Below, one piece after another: positions 41,249 through 51,183 of a DNA stretch of 64,000 bases (positions within the stretch are counted from its first letter, which is position 1; each line of letters starts with the position of its first letter). Under the pieces are notes generated by a model that was not told the origin of the DNA, searched no databases, and saw only the letters and a list, made by a program, of their open reading frames with translations. The translations under genes and the position numbers were made by a program. Location of the stretch: the IMG/VR virus record IMGVR_UViG_3300025913_000026, positions 20,698 through 84,697 of that record, one strand, 5' to 3'. This DNA is from a virus.

Positions 41249-41257
41249 ATTTAATAA

Positions 41258-41500
41258 TTATTTTTTACGTTTCTTTTTATTCGTCTTTTTATTAAGTGAT
41301 GCAACTATGCCTTGCAGGCCATGTGAAATATACCGTAAAGTCTTCCCGGTACCTACAGTCGTTAAATGCCACCCATTGCCTTCTGGGCATCTATATGGAG
41401 TCATTTTTATCCTATCATCATCCCATATTCCAATAGCAGAAGTTCTTGCTTGGGTTTTTGTTTCAAAAGAATTTTTATAACAATTGCATTTAGTCTCCAT
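41258..41500 (-). CDS. Small Zn-binding protein
   Basis: PYRCP..NGWHLT. Confidence 0.55.
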   Translation of the reverse strand: METKCNCYKNSFETKTQARTSAIGIWDDDRIKMTPYRCPEGNGWHLTTVGTGKTLRYISHGLQGIVASLNKKTNKKKRKK

Positions 41501-41503
41501 TTT

Positions 41504-41728
41504 TCAATAATTAGTTACAGGAGTTTTGTTATTAGGCCAATTAACTTTAATTGGACACCATGCAGGTATTGGAGGCTTTTCATGCCATTCTACAAATGGT
41601 TCAATTTCTTTTTCAGCTTTCTTGCAAAACCAATCTTCACCTCTATCAAATCCATCTGTACTTGATACTCCGGTTATTTTAAAGAATGGGCATTCTTTAC
41701 AGGATTGTATATCTATTATTATTTTCAT
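41504..41728 (-). CDS. Small Cys-rich protein
   Basis: CKECPF..C..IPAWCP. Confidence 0.6.
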   Translation of the reverse strand: MKIIIDIQSCKECPFFKITGVSSTDGFDRGEDWFCKKAEKEIEPFVEWHEKPPIPAWCPIKVNWPNNKTPVTNY

Positions 41729-41785
41729 TACTGTAGGTTACTATTATTGGTTTCATAGTGGTTCATTGTTATTATCAAAGACTAT

Positions 41786-42043
41786 TTAATTTTTAAAATA
41801 ATCAGGCTTGGGGAAACGATTTGTAAATTCAATAGCCTCATGCTCTGTATATTCAATATTAAAGGCATCGTTCCAGTAATGATGTAAGTTTTCATTAATA
41901 GGTAGCCATGCTATAATGGTAGCACTTGTTTCTCCTTCCCATGAACACCACCAAGGATATTTAGGATTAAATATTAATGGGCGATAATCATCAGTAGAAT
42001 TGGTTTTAAACCGGTATCTACGCCATTTAACTTCTTTCATCAT
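41786..42043 (-). CDS. Hypothetical protein
   Basis: ORF in operon. Confidence 0.55.
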   Translation of the reverse strand: MMKEVKWRRYRFKTNSTDDYRPLIFNPKYPWWCSWEGETSATIIAWLPINENLHHYWNDAFNIEYTEHEAIEFTNRFPKPDYFKN

Positions 42044-42049
42044 AATTAT

Positions 42050-42523
42050 TTATTTGGATAGTAGCCTTTGGTTTACTTCTTCAATGGTGGTCAAATCATT
42101 TTCAAGCAAATGGATTAATATATAGCCCATTGCTTCTGCTAGGTTTTTATGGTCACCCAATTGAACATACGGGCGGCTAAATGTTTGGTGATATTCTACA
42201 CTCCATTCGTTTTCTCCACGGTATATTCTTAAATGTGGGTTTTCGTTTTTTTCTGCGTCTCGCAATCGATATGGAAGCATTTCTCCTAATTCTGATACCG
42301 TGAAGGCAGAAAACTCAAAATGAATATTAGCGCCGGATAATATACTTTGTTGCCCATGTGTTATTCTGAATTGCATTTTAGCCTGCTGACAACCGTAGTG
42401 ATGTAAATTTGGGTTGGTTGGTGTTTTATCTTGAATATGATAGAATAGACTCTTTTGAATTATACCTAATTTATTTAGGCGCATACCCTGCTCGATAGTA
42501 ATTACCTGATCTTCTAATTTCAT
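42050..42523 (-). CDS. Hypothetical phage protein
   Basis: SAFTVSELGEMLP motif. Confidence 0.6.
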   Translation of the reverse strand: MKLEDQVITIEQGMRLNKLGIIQKSLFYHIQDKTPTNPNLHHYGCQQAKMQFRITHGQQSILSGANIHFEFSAFTVSELGEMLPYRLRDAEKNENPHLRIYRGENEWSVEYHQTFSRPYVQLGDHKNLAEAMGYILIHLLENDLTTIEEVNQRLLSK

Positions 42524-42560
42524 GGTTTATTTTATTTAGTTAGTGTGGATGCATCTATGG

Positions 42561-42968
42561 CTAATCCTGAAAATATTCCAAATCTATTTGCCAATTGAGT
42601 ATTTGACCTTCTTCGTTTACTTTCATGATAATATAATCACCAAACCCGTTTTCTTCTGGGCACATGATTGCCGGGACATAACCTTCTTTTGTTACTACTA
42701 TTTCGCCATCCTTGTCTTTTAATTGATACTCGCCTTCATCACATACTTTATAATGAATATCAGCAGTTACTCCTTTTATCCAATTAATTATTATTCCAGA
42801 ATTAACATTTATTAAAGGGCACCAATCATTACCGATCCGACAAGGGATTCTATCACCATCGACATCTTCAATGTCATTAACGGTAGCATCCTTCCAATAT
42901 CTAACTTTAGCTTTTACTTTCAAAATCTGAATATCAAATCCCTTTTCTATTTTTAATGTTAATTTCAT
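42561..42968 (-). CDS. Conserved phage hypothetical protein
   Basis: HYKVCDEG..GYVP..GDYIIM motif. Confidence 0.65.
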   Translation of the reverse strand: MKLTLKIEKGFDIQILKVKAKVRYWKDATVNDIEDVDGDRIPCRIGNDWCPLINVNSGIIINWIKGVTADIHYKVCDEGEYQLKDKDGEIVVTKEGYVPAIMCPEENGFGDYIIMKVNEEGQILNWQIDLEYFQD

Positions 42969-43348
42969 AATAAATCAAGTTGTTTATAAGTTGGGGGAAT
43001 AAGTTTACGAGGATAATCTACTATTGCTTCTCCTTTTAATGCCTTTTCTGAGGCTTCTGTTTTTGGGATATAATTAGAAGTCAAAGCCCATTCATAGCCT
43101 TGTCTTCCTGATTTTAATACTTTCTTTGATCCTGGTCGGAAGATTAATCCCATGCGTTCCATTTCACTAAGCCTCTTCCATATTCTAGACTTATCTTCTC
43201 CTAAATAGGCTGAAATATCTTCAAATGTACCCTTTATAAGGACAGATAAGGCAATCATTATATCCCGGTATGCGCCTCTTATTTCGTCAGGATTTAAAGA
43301 TTTGTATGCCTCTTTGGATGTATCTGGAATATTTTTCTTTTTAGCCAT
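42965..43348 (-). CDS. Winged-helix DNA-binding protein
   Basis: DTSKEAY..WKRLSEMER.GLI. Confidence 0.6.
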   Translation of the reverse strand: MAKKKNIPDTSKEAYKSLNPDEIRGAYRDIMIALSVLIKGTFEDISAYLGEDKSRIWKRLSEMERMGLIFRPGSKKVLKSGRQGYEWALTSNYIPKTEASEKALKGEAIVDYPRKLIPPTYKQLDLL

Positions 43349-43349
43349 G

Positions 43350-43580
43350 CTATATCATTTCAGGATTTTTTAAATACTCCCAGTACTTACTAGCAAGGAA
43401 GCGTATATTTCTTGTTTTCTGGTCATCATTCCAGTTGGAGAAAATTGATATGATCTGTGTTAATTCCGCTACTTCCATATCTCTTTTTTCTGGCTTTGGT
43501 TCTGGCGGTAATAACTGAATCGGGGAGGCGCTTTTCTTATAGGTTCTTTTCTTCGCAGGTTTGTTTTTTGATTTGTTCAT
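43350..43580 (-). CDS. Hypothetical protein
   Basis: ORF in operon. Confidence 0.5.
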   Translation of the reverse strand: MNKSKNKPAKKRTYKKSASPIQLLPPEPKPEKRDMEVAELTQIISIFSNWNDDQKTRNIRFLASKYWEYLKNPEMI

Positions 43581-43704
43581 TTTTTATTTCTTTTATATGG
43601 ATAAAACAATAAGGATATAGCAGCCACTATACATAGTATAAGCCATACTGTTTCTGATATTGTAAGGTCGGGCCAGTCTGGTAATAAGTTCATGTAATAT
43701 TATA

Positions 43705-43923
43705 TTATAGTGATCGCAATAGAGCTTCTTTTGTTTCATATAAATCATTGTCATGATAATATTTGCCATGCTCTTCTAGCCGATACCTTATTATTGTTGT
43801 AATACCTCGATCATGACTGACACAAACAATAGGTTCACATGACCATATACTTCGTTTAATGGCCTTATTATCATGCATAAGCCAAACTTCTTTAGTTATG
43901 TGATGCGTAGCCTCTATTTTCAT
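43705..43923 (-). CDS. Hypothetical protein
   Basis: Ends LYETKEALLRSL, a common phage motif. Confidence 0.55.
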   Translation of the reverse strand: MKIEATHHITKEVWLMHDNKAIKRSIWSCEPIVCVSHDRGITTIIRYRLEEHGKYYHDNDLYETKEALLRSL

Positions 43924-43926
43924 ATA

Positions 43927-44202
43927 TTATATAGCATTAGTTGTTTTTGATTTATTTATTGATTTAATCAATTTGTACTTTTCCGCACTTCTTCTGTTTC
44001 TTCTTTGCCGTTGGTATATTGTTTTAGGAGGATGATGACGCTTAATAAACACCGCCCATTCCCAAGGTTGAGTTTTACCATATGCAATAAACAAATTAAG
44101 TATACGTTGGTAGTCCTTGTGTTGAACGAACCTAACATCAGTCACTTTACCAAGTATCTCCAGCTCTATTCTTATGTACTTCCATTTGCTTATTTTGCTC
44201 AT
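43927..44202 (-). CDS. Hypothetical basic protein
   Basis: ORF in operon. Confidence 0.45.
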   Translation of the reverse strand: MSKISKWKYIRIELEILGKVTDVRFVQHKDYQRILNLFIAYGKTQPWEWAVFIKRHHPPKTIYQRQRRNRRSAEKYKLIKSINKSKTTNAI

Positions 44203-44203
44203 G

Positions 44204-44410
44204 TTACAGTTTGAAATCAGTCCCTAGCACTTTATTTATAGTATCCAATTCGTCCTGAGTCCAATCCCTCCTTCCATTGATCTTCTCGGACAATAATGGC
44301 TCCCTCATACATATCTTATCAGAAAGCCAGCGCTGATTCCTGCTTAGAATTAATTTAATTTCGGAACCTATTTGCTTGCTTTTATTCTTTTCTTTTGTTG
44401 CCATTTTCAT
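44204..44410 (-). CDS. XRE/Cro-like HTH regulator (start revised to ATG 44410)
   Basis: NQRWLSDKI..LSEKING..W..EL..I..VL; TACGTTTG -7 box just upstream; divergent from 44472. Confidence 0.65.
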   Translation of the reverse strand: MKMATKEKNKSKQIGSEIKLILSRNQRWLSDKICMREPLLSEKINGRRDWTQDELDTINKVLGTDFKL

Positions 44411-44471
44411 TTGTTTCAACAAACGTATAAAAAGATTTGGATAATAAAAAATATTTTTCTTCCTTTGCTTT

Positions 44472-44975
44472 ATGGATGCAGCGGATAATATTAGACGAAT
44501 AAAAGAGGAAGCGAAACTTCCTAAATCTAAGGTCAAGAAGCCTATACCTAAAAAAAGCAAAAAGAAGCTACAGCAGGAAGCTGGAGATGGTGTCATAAAG
44601 AAGATGGGCAGCGCTGAGTTAGATAGATGGTTTCAGGATAGGAGAAAAGAAATGACTGGGCGTTGTTGGCATTGCCAGGGAGTTTCCTGCAAAAACTCGC
44701 ATGAGTATTATAAGTTCTCTATTGCGCATTTGCTTCCGAAACGATTATTTAAAAGCATAGCTACACACCCTTTAAATTGGATTGAGCTTTGTTTCTGGGA
44801 ACAATCCTGCCATACAAACTTTGATAATAATACTCTGGATATTACAGAATTAAATTGTTACGATATGGTTATTGAGCGTTTTGTAGCTATATACCCCGCT
44901 ATTGCGCCTAAAGAACGTAGATACATTCCAGATGTTCTTCTTCAATATGTTAAAAACGAAACAGATATAAAATGA
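44472..44975 (+). CDS. HNH-like Zn nuclease (Ref/NinG-like)
   Basis: CWHC..AHLLPKR..NWIELC...CH. Confidence 0.55.
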   Translation: MDAADNIRRIKEEAKLPKSKVKKPIPKKSKKKLQQEAGDGVIKKMGSAELDRWFQDRRKEMTGRCWHCQGVSCKNSHEYYKFSIAHLLPKRLFKSIATHPLNWIELCFWEQSCHTNFDNNTLDITELNCYDMVIERFVAIYPAIAPKERRYIPDVLLQYVKNETDIK

Positions 44976-45541
44976 TGTACAAAAAGAAAACGATCAAGAT
45001 TTTAGAGGATATTATCTTTAATACGAAATGGCTCCTGATCCCATTCTATTTAATCCTGGCGATGGCGCTTGCTGTGTATACCTATTTCGATGTAAAGGAG
45101 TTTATTGAGTATATATTCCGGCTGGGTCACATTGATAAAGAATCTGCGATGTTGACATTTGTAGAATTGATTGATATTACCATGATCGCCAACCTGGGGA
45201 AGATGATAATTACCGGCTCCTATAATTCATTTATAAGCAAAGCGCATGGCGTAGAGGGGGAGAATGTTAGTAGCGGCATGTTGAAGGTTAAAATGGCAAC
45301 CTCGTTGGTTGGCGTTACAGCAATCGGGTTATTGTCTAAGTCAATTGACATTCATAAGGTAGAATGGGATACACTTTATAAATTGGCATTCGTACACGGC
45401 GTATTCCTCCTTTCAGCTATAGTTCTTTCAGTAGTAGATTTCTTACATTTAAAATCAGAAACATATGAAGTTCATGAAAGTATTTCTCATGCAAACGGGA
45501 AACAATTACAGAGTGAGCATGGAGAAAAAGCAGGGGTATGA
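44972..45541 (+). CDS. YqhA (UPF0114) family membrane protein
   Basis: WLLIPFYL.L..LIDITMIANL..MII.GSYNSFISK..LKVKMATS. Confidence 0.8.
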   Translation: MMYKKKTIKILEDIIFNTKWLLIPFYLILAMALAVYTYFDVKEFIEYIFRLGHIDKESAMLTFVELIDITMIANLGKMIITGSYNSFISKAHGVEGENVSSGMLKVKMATSLVGVTAIGLLSKSIDIHKVEWDTLYKLAFVHGVFLLSAIVLSVVDFLHLKSETYEVHESISHANGKQLQSEHGEKAGV

Positions 45542-45643
45542 TGTATATTTTACAGATGAAAATGGCCATTCTTTTTTAATCAAAAAAGATGGCATTACTT
45601 TAAATTTCAGTGAATTGCCTAAACCACTTTTAAAGCAAATAAA

Positions 45644-46084
45644 ATGAAACACATTATCTTGATTCTCCTGACTACTTTCTTATTCTCATGCGAATACAAA
45701 CATCATGAGCGACATTGCAAAATCCATTGTTATCAAACAGGCTCCGGGGATGATCTTCTTTTTTGGTATTTACTTTATGGTAACAATAATTCATATTACG
45801 TATACCAATCAAGTTCGCCGGTAAGTAGCTTCAGCGGAGTTACTTGGTCACAACAAACATCCATGCCGCAGGAACTTTCTAATGCTCAGGAATTAGAACA
45901 AATAGAGGAACCTTTAACCGAATTGCCTGACGAAATAGAAGTTGAAATGGAAGCGGAACCAGACCAAGGGCAAACAGAATCAACTGAATCAAGCGAGTCA
46001 AGCTCTGAAAGTAGCGGCGAATCTAGTGGTGGAGATTCTGGAGGAGGTAGCGATGGAGGAGGAGATGGCGGCGGTGGTGAATGA
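45644..46084 (+). CDS. Putative lipoprotein with acidic S/G-rich tail
   Basis: Lipobox LFSC; low-complexity C-terminus. Confidence 0.65.
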   Translation: MKHIILILLTTFLFSCEYKHHERHCKIHCYQTGSGDDLLFWYLLYGNNNSYYVYQSSSPVSSFSGVTWSQQTSMPQELSNAQELEQIEEPLTELPDEIEVEMEAEPDQGQTESTESSESSSESSGESSGGDSGGGSDGGGDGGGGE

Positions 46085-46112
46085 AATAACTAACCTTTAA
46101 TTATAACAAACA

Positions 46113-46502
46113 ATGAATATATATAAAATAACATTTGGTCACGCGGCTCCAAAGGATTGGGCGATATCAATATTGGGATTTGTTTTGGCAGAAAATGACG
46201 AGCAGGTTTATGAATATATAAAATCAGAACCAGAAATAAATGGGCATAAATCCTTCAATAGCTGGGAGGATAAGGAAAAAGAAAAAGAGGATTTTGAGAT
46301 ATTTGATAGTAAATACGAGGTAATAGGGAAGGAAACATTCAAAGAAAAAATTATTAGATTAAAAGGCGAGATAAATGATGAAGGCTATGATTTCACAGAT
46401 TCTTATTATGGCATCTCTCTTTATGGATGGGATATTGTAAAGGAGAATGTTACAAATTATGAATCATCATTAGAGCTTGGCATTTTAATTAAAATTCTAT
46501 GA
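46113..46502 (+). CDS. Hypothetical protein
   Basis: ORF in operon. Confidence 0.6.
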   Translation: MNIYKITFGHAAPKDWAISILGFVLAENDEQVYEYIKSEPEINGHKSFNSWEDKEKEKEDFEIFDSKYEVIGKETFKEKIIRLKGEINDEGYDFTDSYYGISLYGWDIVKENVTNYESSLELGILIKIL

Positions 46503-46565
46503 GTGAACTAGGAGAATAATACCAAGAATATAAAACCCGGACTGTAACTTTCAAAGTTATCTATA

Positions 46566-46889
46566 ATGAGCAATAAGCTAGAAGATTTAGGCAAGTCAAT
46601 GGAGCTTGCCGGCCAAATAGAAATAATAAAGTCAATTTTATTTGGAGTAGATGAAGAACATCTTAAAAATTCAATCGAACAATTTAGAAGCCAAGCGTCT
46701 TTTCAGGATGCCGCATTTGTTCTTAACCCACGCCATGATTCTACTAAAACTGAACTGTTACGTGTTATGGCTGATTCTCTTCAGCATTTACTTGGTTTTT
46801 GGGATGGCCTGAAGAAATGTGAAGAACTAAAAAGACAGATTGCAGGCAACGAAGCTATGCGATCTCAAATTGAGTCAATGTTCTTTTAA
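46566..46889 (+). CDS. Hypothetical protein
   Basis: ORF in operon. Confidence 0.55.
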   Translation: MSNKLEDLGKSMELAGQIEIIKSILFGVDEEHLKNSIEQFRSQASFQDAAFVLNPRHDSTKTELLRVMADSLQHLLGFWDGLKKCEELKRQIAGNEAMRSQIESMFF

Positions 46890-46906
46890 AAAATCAACCA
46901 CCACCA

Positions 46907-47209
46907 ATGAGCAATCCAACACAGAAAAATAAAATAACGGCGCTTAAAGATTATTTGGGCGATCTGGTTTTATTTAAATATAAAGGCAAATTGCGTAAGT
47001 TTTGGCTTGCTGCAATCACCTTGCCTTCTGGGACATTTAAAGCCGAAGCGTTTAAGGATATAGAATATGAAGGGTTGCAATATCACTTCAGACTTAACCA
47101 CGAGGATTATGCTACCAATACAAAAAGGGATTGGGAAGGTTTCTGGACAGATCAAATTGATAAATTAATAATACCCACCACCAATGACACTACCACAAGA
47201 AACGATTGA
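46907..47209 (+). CDS. Hypothetical protein
   Basis: ORF in operon. Confidence 0.55.
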   Translation: MSNPTQKNKITALKDYLGDLVLFKYKGKLRKFWLAAITLPSGTFKAEAFKDIEYEGLQYHFRLNHEDYATNTKRDWEGFWTDQIDKLIIPTTNDTTTRND

Positions 47210-47450
47210 TAAAATAAAGAAGGAATCAGTTCAAGCTGATGTAAAAAATCAAAATAAGTCATGGGAATATCGTGCTGGCTATAGATCTGGAAACGAGGAT
47301 GGCGCTACCGAATGGGCAGAGAAGGCTGAAAAACATCTGATTGCTGCACTGGAAGCAATAATAGGCAAAACGATGCCTGTCCCAAATAAGGCCGACATGA
47401 TAGATATAGCAAAAACCGCCCTCGCCAAATACAAGGAGGTAAGTAAATGA
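47184..47450 (+). CDS. Hypothetical protein
   Basis: GY..G..DGA.EWA pattern. Confidence 0.55.
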   Translation: MTLPQETIDKIKKESVQADVKNQNKSWEYRAGYRSGNEDGATEWAEKAEKHLIAALEAIIGKTMPVPNKADMIDIAKTALAKYKEVSK

Positions 47451-47845
47451 ACAGAGAAAGAAAATACCGGGCATGGGATGGGATAAGTATGTTTATCAGC
47501 CCGGCGCTTTCAGAAGGTGCGCATCACTTAGCAAGCTGGTTTGAAGCCCATTCATCTTTTGGGTTCACTGGCAAAGACAGCCTGTTTATGGATTGGGCAG
47601 GGTTGGTAGACAAAAATGGGAAAGATATATACGAGGGAGATATAATTCAATTTGCAGAAAAATATTTTTACCTCGTAAAGTACGAAGATGGGAAGTTCGT
47701 CGGATATCATGCAAATAACAATTGGGGTAAGTGGGGCGATCTGTATAAGTTGGCAGAACCGGGCTTTGATAAATACAACTATATTGTCATTGGCAATATC
47801 TATGAAAACCCTGAATTAGTAATAAAGGAGGTAAGTAATGGATAA
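47447..47845 (+). CDS. YopX family protein
   Basis: RE.KYRAWD..GLVDKNGKDIYEGDI..VIGNIYENPEL. Confidence 0.9.
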   Translation: MNRERKYRAWDGISMFISPALSEGAHHLASWFEAHSSFGFTGKDSLFMDWAGLVDKNGKDIYEGDIIQFAEKYFYLVKYEDGKFVGYHANNNWGKWGDLYKLAEPGFDKYNYIVIGNIYENPELVIKEVSNG

Positions 47846-48035
47846 CACACTGCCATACATCGATGCAACTCAATTCAATGAGAAGGTAGCAGAGTTCGCA
47901 AAGACGAATCGTGTACTTACAGCCGTTTTCAATCATCCTAAAAGCAAGTATAAAACATGGGAGGATTTGCCATCACATTTAATTCAAGACCTTTTTAATA
48001 AACTTGGTTGTAAACCTGATATTAAAAAATATTAA
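47838..48035 (+). CDS. Hypothetical protein
   Basis: ORF with SD-like upstream sequence. Confidence 0.5.
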   Translation: MDNTLPYIDATQFNEKVAEFAKTNRVLTAVFNHPKSKYKTWEDLPSHLIQDLFNKLGCKPDIKKY

Positions 48036-48037
48036 TC

Positions 48038-48541
48038 ATGGATAAAGACACACAATTACCGGCTGAGCGGTTTAATCGGGGCGATTATGTCGCTGGCGAA
48101 GATATAATTATCCTTGTCACCGGTTGGGGGTATGATGAAAATCATTTTTGCGGTGTAGTAGTCGAAACCTTGCCAGACGCTCAATTCCCAAAAAGATTGG
48201 GTGAACATAGTAATACATGGTATACGAGGTATTTCAAAAAGATCGAATACGCTACCAAGCTGCACCAGGCTGAGCAGGAGATTGAAGAACTAAAACGCTG
48301 GAAGATGGATGCCATCGAAACCCAATTGGTGCCTATCGGGGCCTACTGCCATGAGTATCTGGAAGTAGGTCTGGATGACAACCATTCTCTTTTAGTTATA
48401 GCCGAACTGGAACGGTTTAAACAGGAGAATGAAAAAGCCGGCGGCCTACTTCGCGAAGTTTTAATCATGAATGAAATGTGGGGTGATTTGCCCAGCGAAT
48501 TTATTACCAAAGTAAAAACCTTTTTAGATGGAACAAAATGA
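48038..48541 (+). CDS. Hypothetical protein
   Basis: ORF in operon. Confidence 0.55.
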   Translation: MDKDTQLPAERFNRGDYVAGEDIIILVTGWGYDENHFCGVVVETLPDAQFPKRLGEHSNTWYTRYFKKIEYATKLHQAEQEIEELKRWKMDAIETQLVPIGAYCHEYLEVGLDDNHSLLVIAELERFKQENEKAGGLLREVLIMNEMWGDLPSEFITKVKTFLDGTK

Positions 48542-49247
48542 TATAGTAATGGAATTTTCAATGGTTAAAAAAAACCTGAAAGAAATCCGGGATGGATACG
48601 AAAAACTGGAAAGCGACTATAAGTACCTCCGAACCAAATACGACAATATCCTTGCCACTGAATCGGGGCATGAAAGCAAAACTGAAAACGTTTGGCAAAG
48701 TGGTTATGCGGCTGGGCATGAAGCCGGAACAGAAAAGCTCCAAAAGGCATTAACCGAGTGCGAAAACCAGAATAGAGAGAACTGGCGTTTATCAATTGAA
48801 AATAGAGAGTTTCGAGAAAAGTTAAAAGATCTGTGTGATAAACTTCCTACTGGTGAATCATTGAACTACTATTTTGCCAAACAAGAATTAAAAGCTGCCC
48901 GTGAAGTCGTCGAACAGGAAGGAGAAAAGAACCTAGAAGACTGGAAAACATTCACCATAGAACAGGTGCGGCCTAAGGTTAATGTAATTCAAACCTGGGA
49001 ATCCGAAAAGGAACCAATACCCCAGCATACGATGGTATGGGTTAAGGCGAGTGAGCGGTTGCCTGATAATGATATGTTCAATGATTACCCCCGAGAATAT
49101 TGTTTAAAATGCAAGTGTGATGGAAGTCGCGGTGCTGTGGAATATAAGCAAGGGAATTATGATGAAATTAAGGATATGTGGCAAAGTGGCCCATACGATG
49201 TGATATGGTGGCTCGATGAAAGCGGAAAGGAGGTATCCAATGGATAA
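48528..49247 (+). CDS. Hypothetical mosaic protein
   Basis: Coiled coil plus WVKASERLP..WLDE segment. Confidence 0.55.
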   Translation: MEQNDIVMEFSMVKKNLKEIRDGYEKLESDYKYLRTKYDNILATESGHESKTENVWQSGYAAGHEAGTEKLQKALTECENQNRENWRLSIENREFREKLKDLCDKLPTGESLNYYFAKQELKAAREVVEQEGEKNLEDWKTFTIEQVRPKVNVIQTWESEKEPIPQHTMVWVKASERLPDNDMFNDYPREYCLKCKCDGSRGAVEYKQGNYDEIKDMWQSGPYDVIWWLDESGKEVSNG

Positions 49248-49563
49248 GAAAGATATTGGAAAATCATTTGAAAAACTAGTAGACGATACTTTTATAAATG
49301 TAGATGGTATTCTTGTTCAAAGAGCGGTTCATCCATATACTGGACTAGAAGGGTATCTTTGGGACGATCATTGGTGTGCTAGTACCGAAGAAGTAAGAGC
49401 AGCTAAAGAATATGCAGCTAATGCAATTAAAATGTCAATTGTAAATCCTAATGGAGATGAAACTATTCTGTCAAAAAGATATACTGAAAAATATAAACAT
49501 GGCGAGAGCGGCTATGTGGAATGGAAACGGGATCAAATAAAAAAAACAGAGCAAGATGATTAA
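49240..49563 (+). CDS. Hypothetical protein (start revised to ATG 49240)
   Basis: AAGGAGGT directly upstream of MDKKDIG. Confidence 0.5.
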   Translation: MDKKDIGKSFEKLVDDTFINVDGILVQRAVHPYTGLEGYLWDDHWCASTEEVRAAKEYAANAIKMSIVNPNGDETILSKRYTEKYKHGESGYVEWKRDQIKKTEQDD

Positions 49564-49704
49564 TCCTGCCCTGTCCCCATTATTTTTAAACAACCTGATT
49601 TAATCACATTTAAGTTTTAAATCATTTTATCGAGACAAAAATAGTTTTTTTTCATTATAGTAGTATAAAAACGGGGCCAGATTTCTATCTTAGCCCCTAA
49701 TTTT

Positions 49705-50271
49705 TTATATGATAATAATGAATACTTTAAGCCCTCTATTAATTAGGGTCAACGCCCTAGCATATCTCTTTTTAATGGTTGAAATATCAGCTTGTAACGT
49801 AGCTGCGATATCTTTAAATTTCATCTCATTCAACCGCATCTTAAAAACATCTTTAACCATAGGAGGTAATGCTTCTATTTGTTTTCTTATTCTTTCAACT
49901 ATGATAGCTTCTTTATCGCTTAATTCAAATGCATGATTTTGATGCTCTATGAAGTATTGCGTTTTAATAATATCTTCTTTTGAGAGACGAATAGCTATCA
50001 TCCTTAAGTGGTCAATGCAGCTATTAGCAGTAATCTTTCGTAACCATCCATATATAGCTCTCATTGAATCGAAATGAAGTGTATCATGCATCTCCCATAA
50101 TTTAAGGAAGCTATTAGCACGTATATCTTTAGCATCATCTGCACTTAAATACTTTTGAGCTACAAAGTAGATTTGTGTATGATATTTGTTGTAGATGTGC
50201 TCAAAGGCTGAAGCATCACCTTTAGAAAAAGCAACTATCGTTTCTTCTTCATTTAGGATAAATGTTGACAT
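49705..50271 (-). CDS. ECF-type RNA polymerase sigma factor
   Basis: GDASAFEHIY..FLKLW..NSCIDHLR (region 2), LPP..VF.MR..FKDIA..L..STIK..RAL (region 4). Confidence 0.85.
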   Translation of the reverse strand: MSTFILNEEETIVAFSKGDASAFEHIYNKYHTQIYFVAQKYLSADDAKDIRANSFLKLWEMHDTLHFDSMRAIYGWLRKITANSCIDHLRMIAIRLSKEDIIKTQYFIEHQNHAFELSDKEAIIVERIRKQIEALPPMVKDVFKMRLNEMKFKDIAATLQADISTIKKRYARALTLINRGLKVFIIII

Positions 50272-50282
50272 ATGATTGTATA

Positions 50283-50531
50283 TTATTTATTTTGATTCTC
50301 AAAGTCTAATGCCTCTTGTCTACTATCAAAATATCGCATTGGTATCCCATCAGCAGTATAACATAATTCCATATCATATAAATAGGAGGCATGATTTTTA
50401 TCTACTATTATTAGTCCATGCAGATATATATTTTTACAAACTCCACAAGTACATTTATTATCAGGTCGGTAAACTACTTTACCAATTCTATGCTGAAACC
50501 ATTGTTCTCGTTCGGTTAATTCTCTTTTCAT
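50283..50531 (-). CDS. Hypothetical protein
   Basis: CTCGVC motif. Confidence 0.5.
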   Translation of the reverse strand: MKRELTEREQWFQHRIGKVVYRPDNKCTCGVCKNIYLHGLIIVDKNHASYLYDMELCYTADGIPMRYFDSRQEALDFENQNK

Positions 50532-50533
50532 AT

Positions 50534-50740
50534 TTAATGGGATAAAATATATAATATGGATTCGATTTCATCATAATTGTATTTGATACATTCATTTAAT
50601 TCTAGTTGATCGTTTATTTCCTGAAGTAATCGAATATCACTCATGTATTTAATATTCCCATGAACTTTAAATTCACTTTGGCTAGTTATATTTCTTAATA
50701 ACTGTTCATAACCTTGTCTTGTATGGTATTTACTTGTCAT
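50534..50740 (-). CDS. Hypothetical protein
   Basis: ORF in operon. Confidence 0.45.
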   Translation of the reverse strand: MTSKYHTRQGYEQLLRNITSQSEFKVHGNIKYMSDIRLLQEINDQLELNECIKYNYDEIESILYILSH

Positions 50741-51016
50741 TGAGACTCATTTATCAGTTCAAAGCAATCTCGCAAAGAAGTGCAATAAGAGAGTTCCTTA
50801 GTCCCAAAATAAACTTTATAATGCCCTTCTGCGAATAGCCTTATTTTAAAAAGATTGCCTTTAAAATACGGAGTAAACTCTACATATTTACTTAACCCAG
50901 CTTTAGTTGTTGTAAAAAATCCCGCTTGATCTTTTAAATAGCAATGGGTATTTAAATCCCAAATAAAATCAAACTGAATTTTCGGTAATAACTACCATTT
51001 AGGGACAAAAGCTTTA

Positions 51017-51052
51017 AAAGAAATAGCCTCCAAAGTTGGAGGCTATTTCTTT
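51017..51052. terminator. Bidirectional terminator inside left TIR
   Basis: AAAGAAATAGCCTCCAA-AG-TTGGAGGCTATTTCTTT. Confidence 0.75.
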
Positions 51053-51174
51053 TTCTTTACCGGTTTCTTTTTTATGGGAGTGTTAGCCGCTATTTTCATT
51101 GCTTCTCCAAATGTCATATCTAGTTTGACAGTGATATTAGGACTTTTATTTTTAGCTTTTTTACTGGACTTCAT
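51043..51174 (-). CDS. 43-aa basic peptide downstream of the transposase
   Basis: MKSSKKAKNKSPNITVKLDMTFGEAMKIAANTPIKKKPVKKKK (manual translation). Confidence 0.5.
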   Translation of the reverse strand: MKSSKKAKNKSPNITVKLDMTFGEAMKIAANTPIKKKPVKKKK

Positions 51175-51183
51175 GCCTTAAAT

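Noticed and set aside
45960-46084. Short tandem-like GGA/GGT/AGC repeats
   Set aside because: Explained by the Ser/Gly low-complexity tail of the lipoprotein
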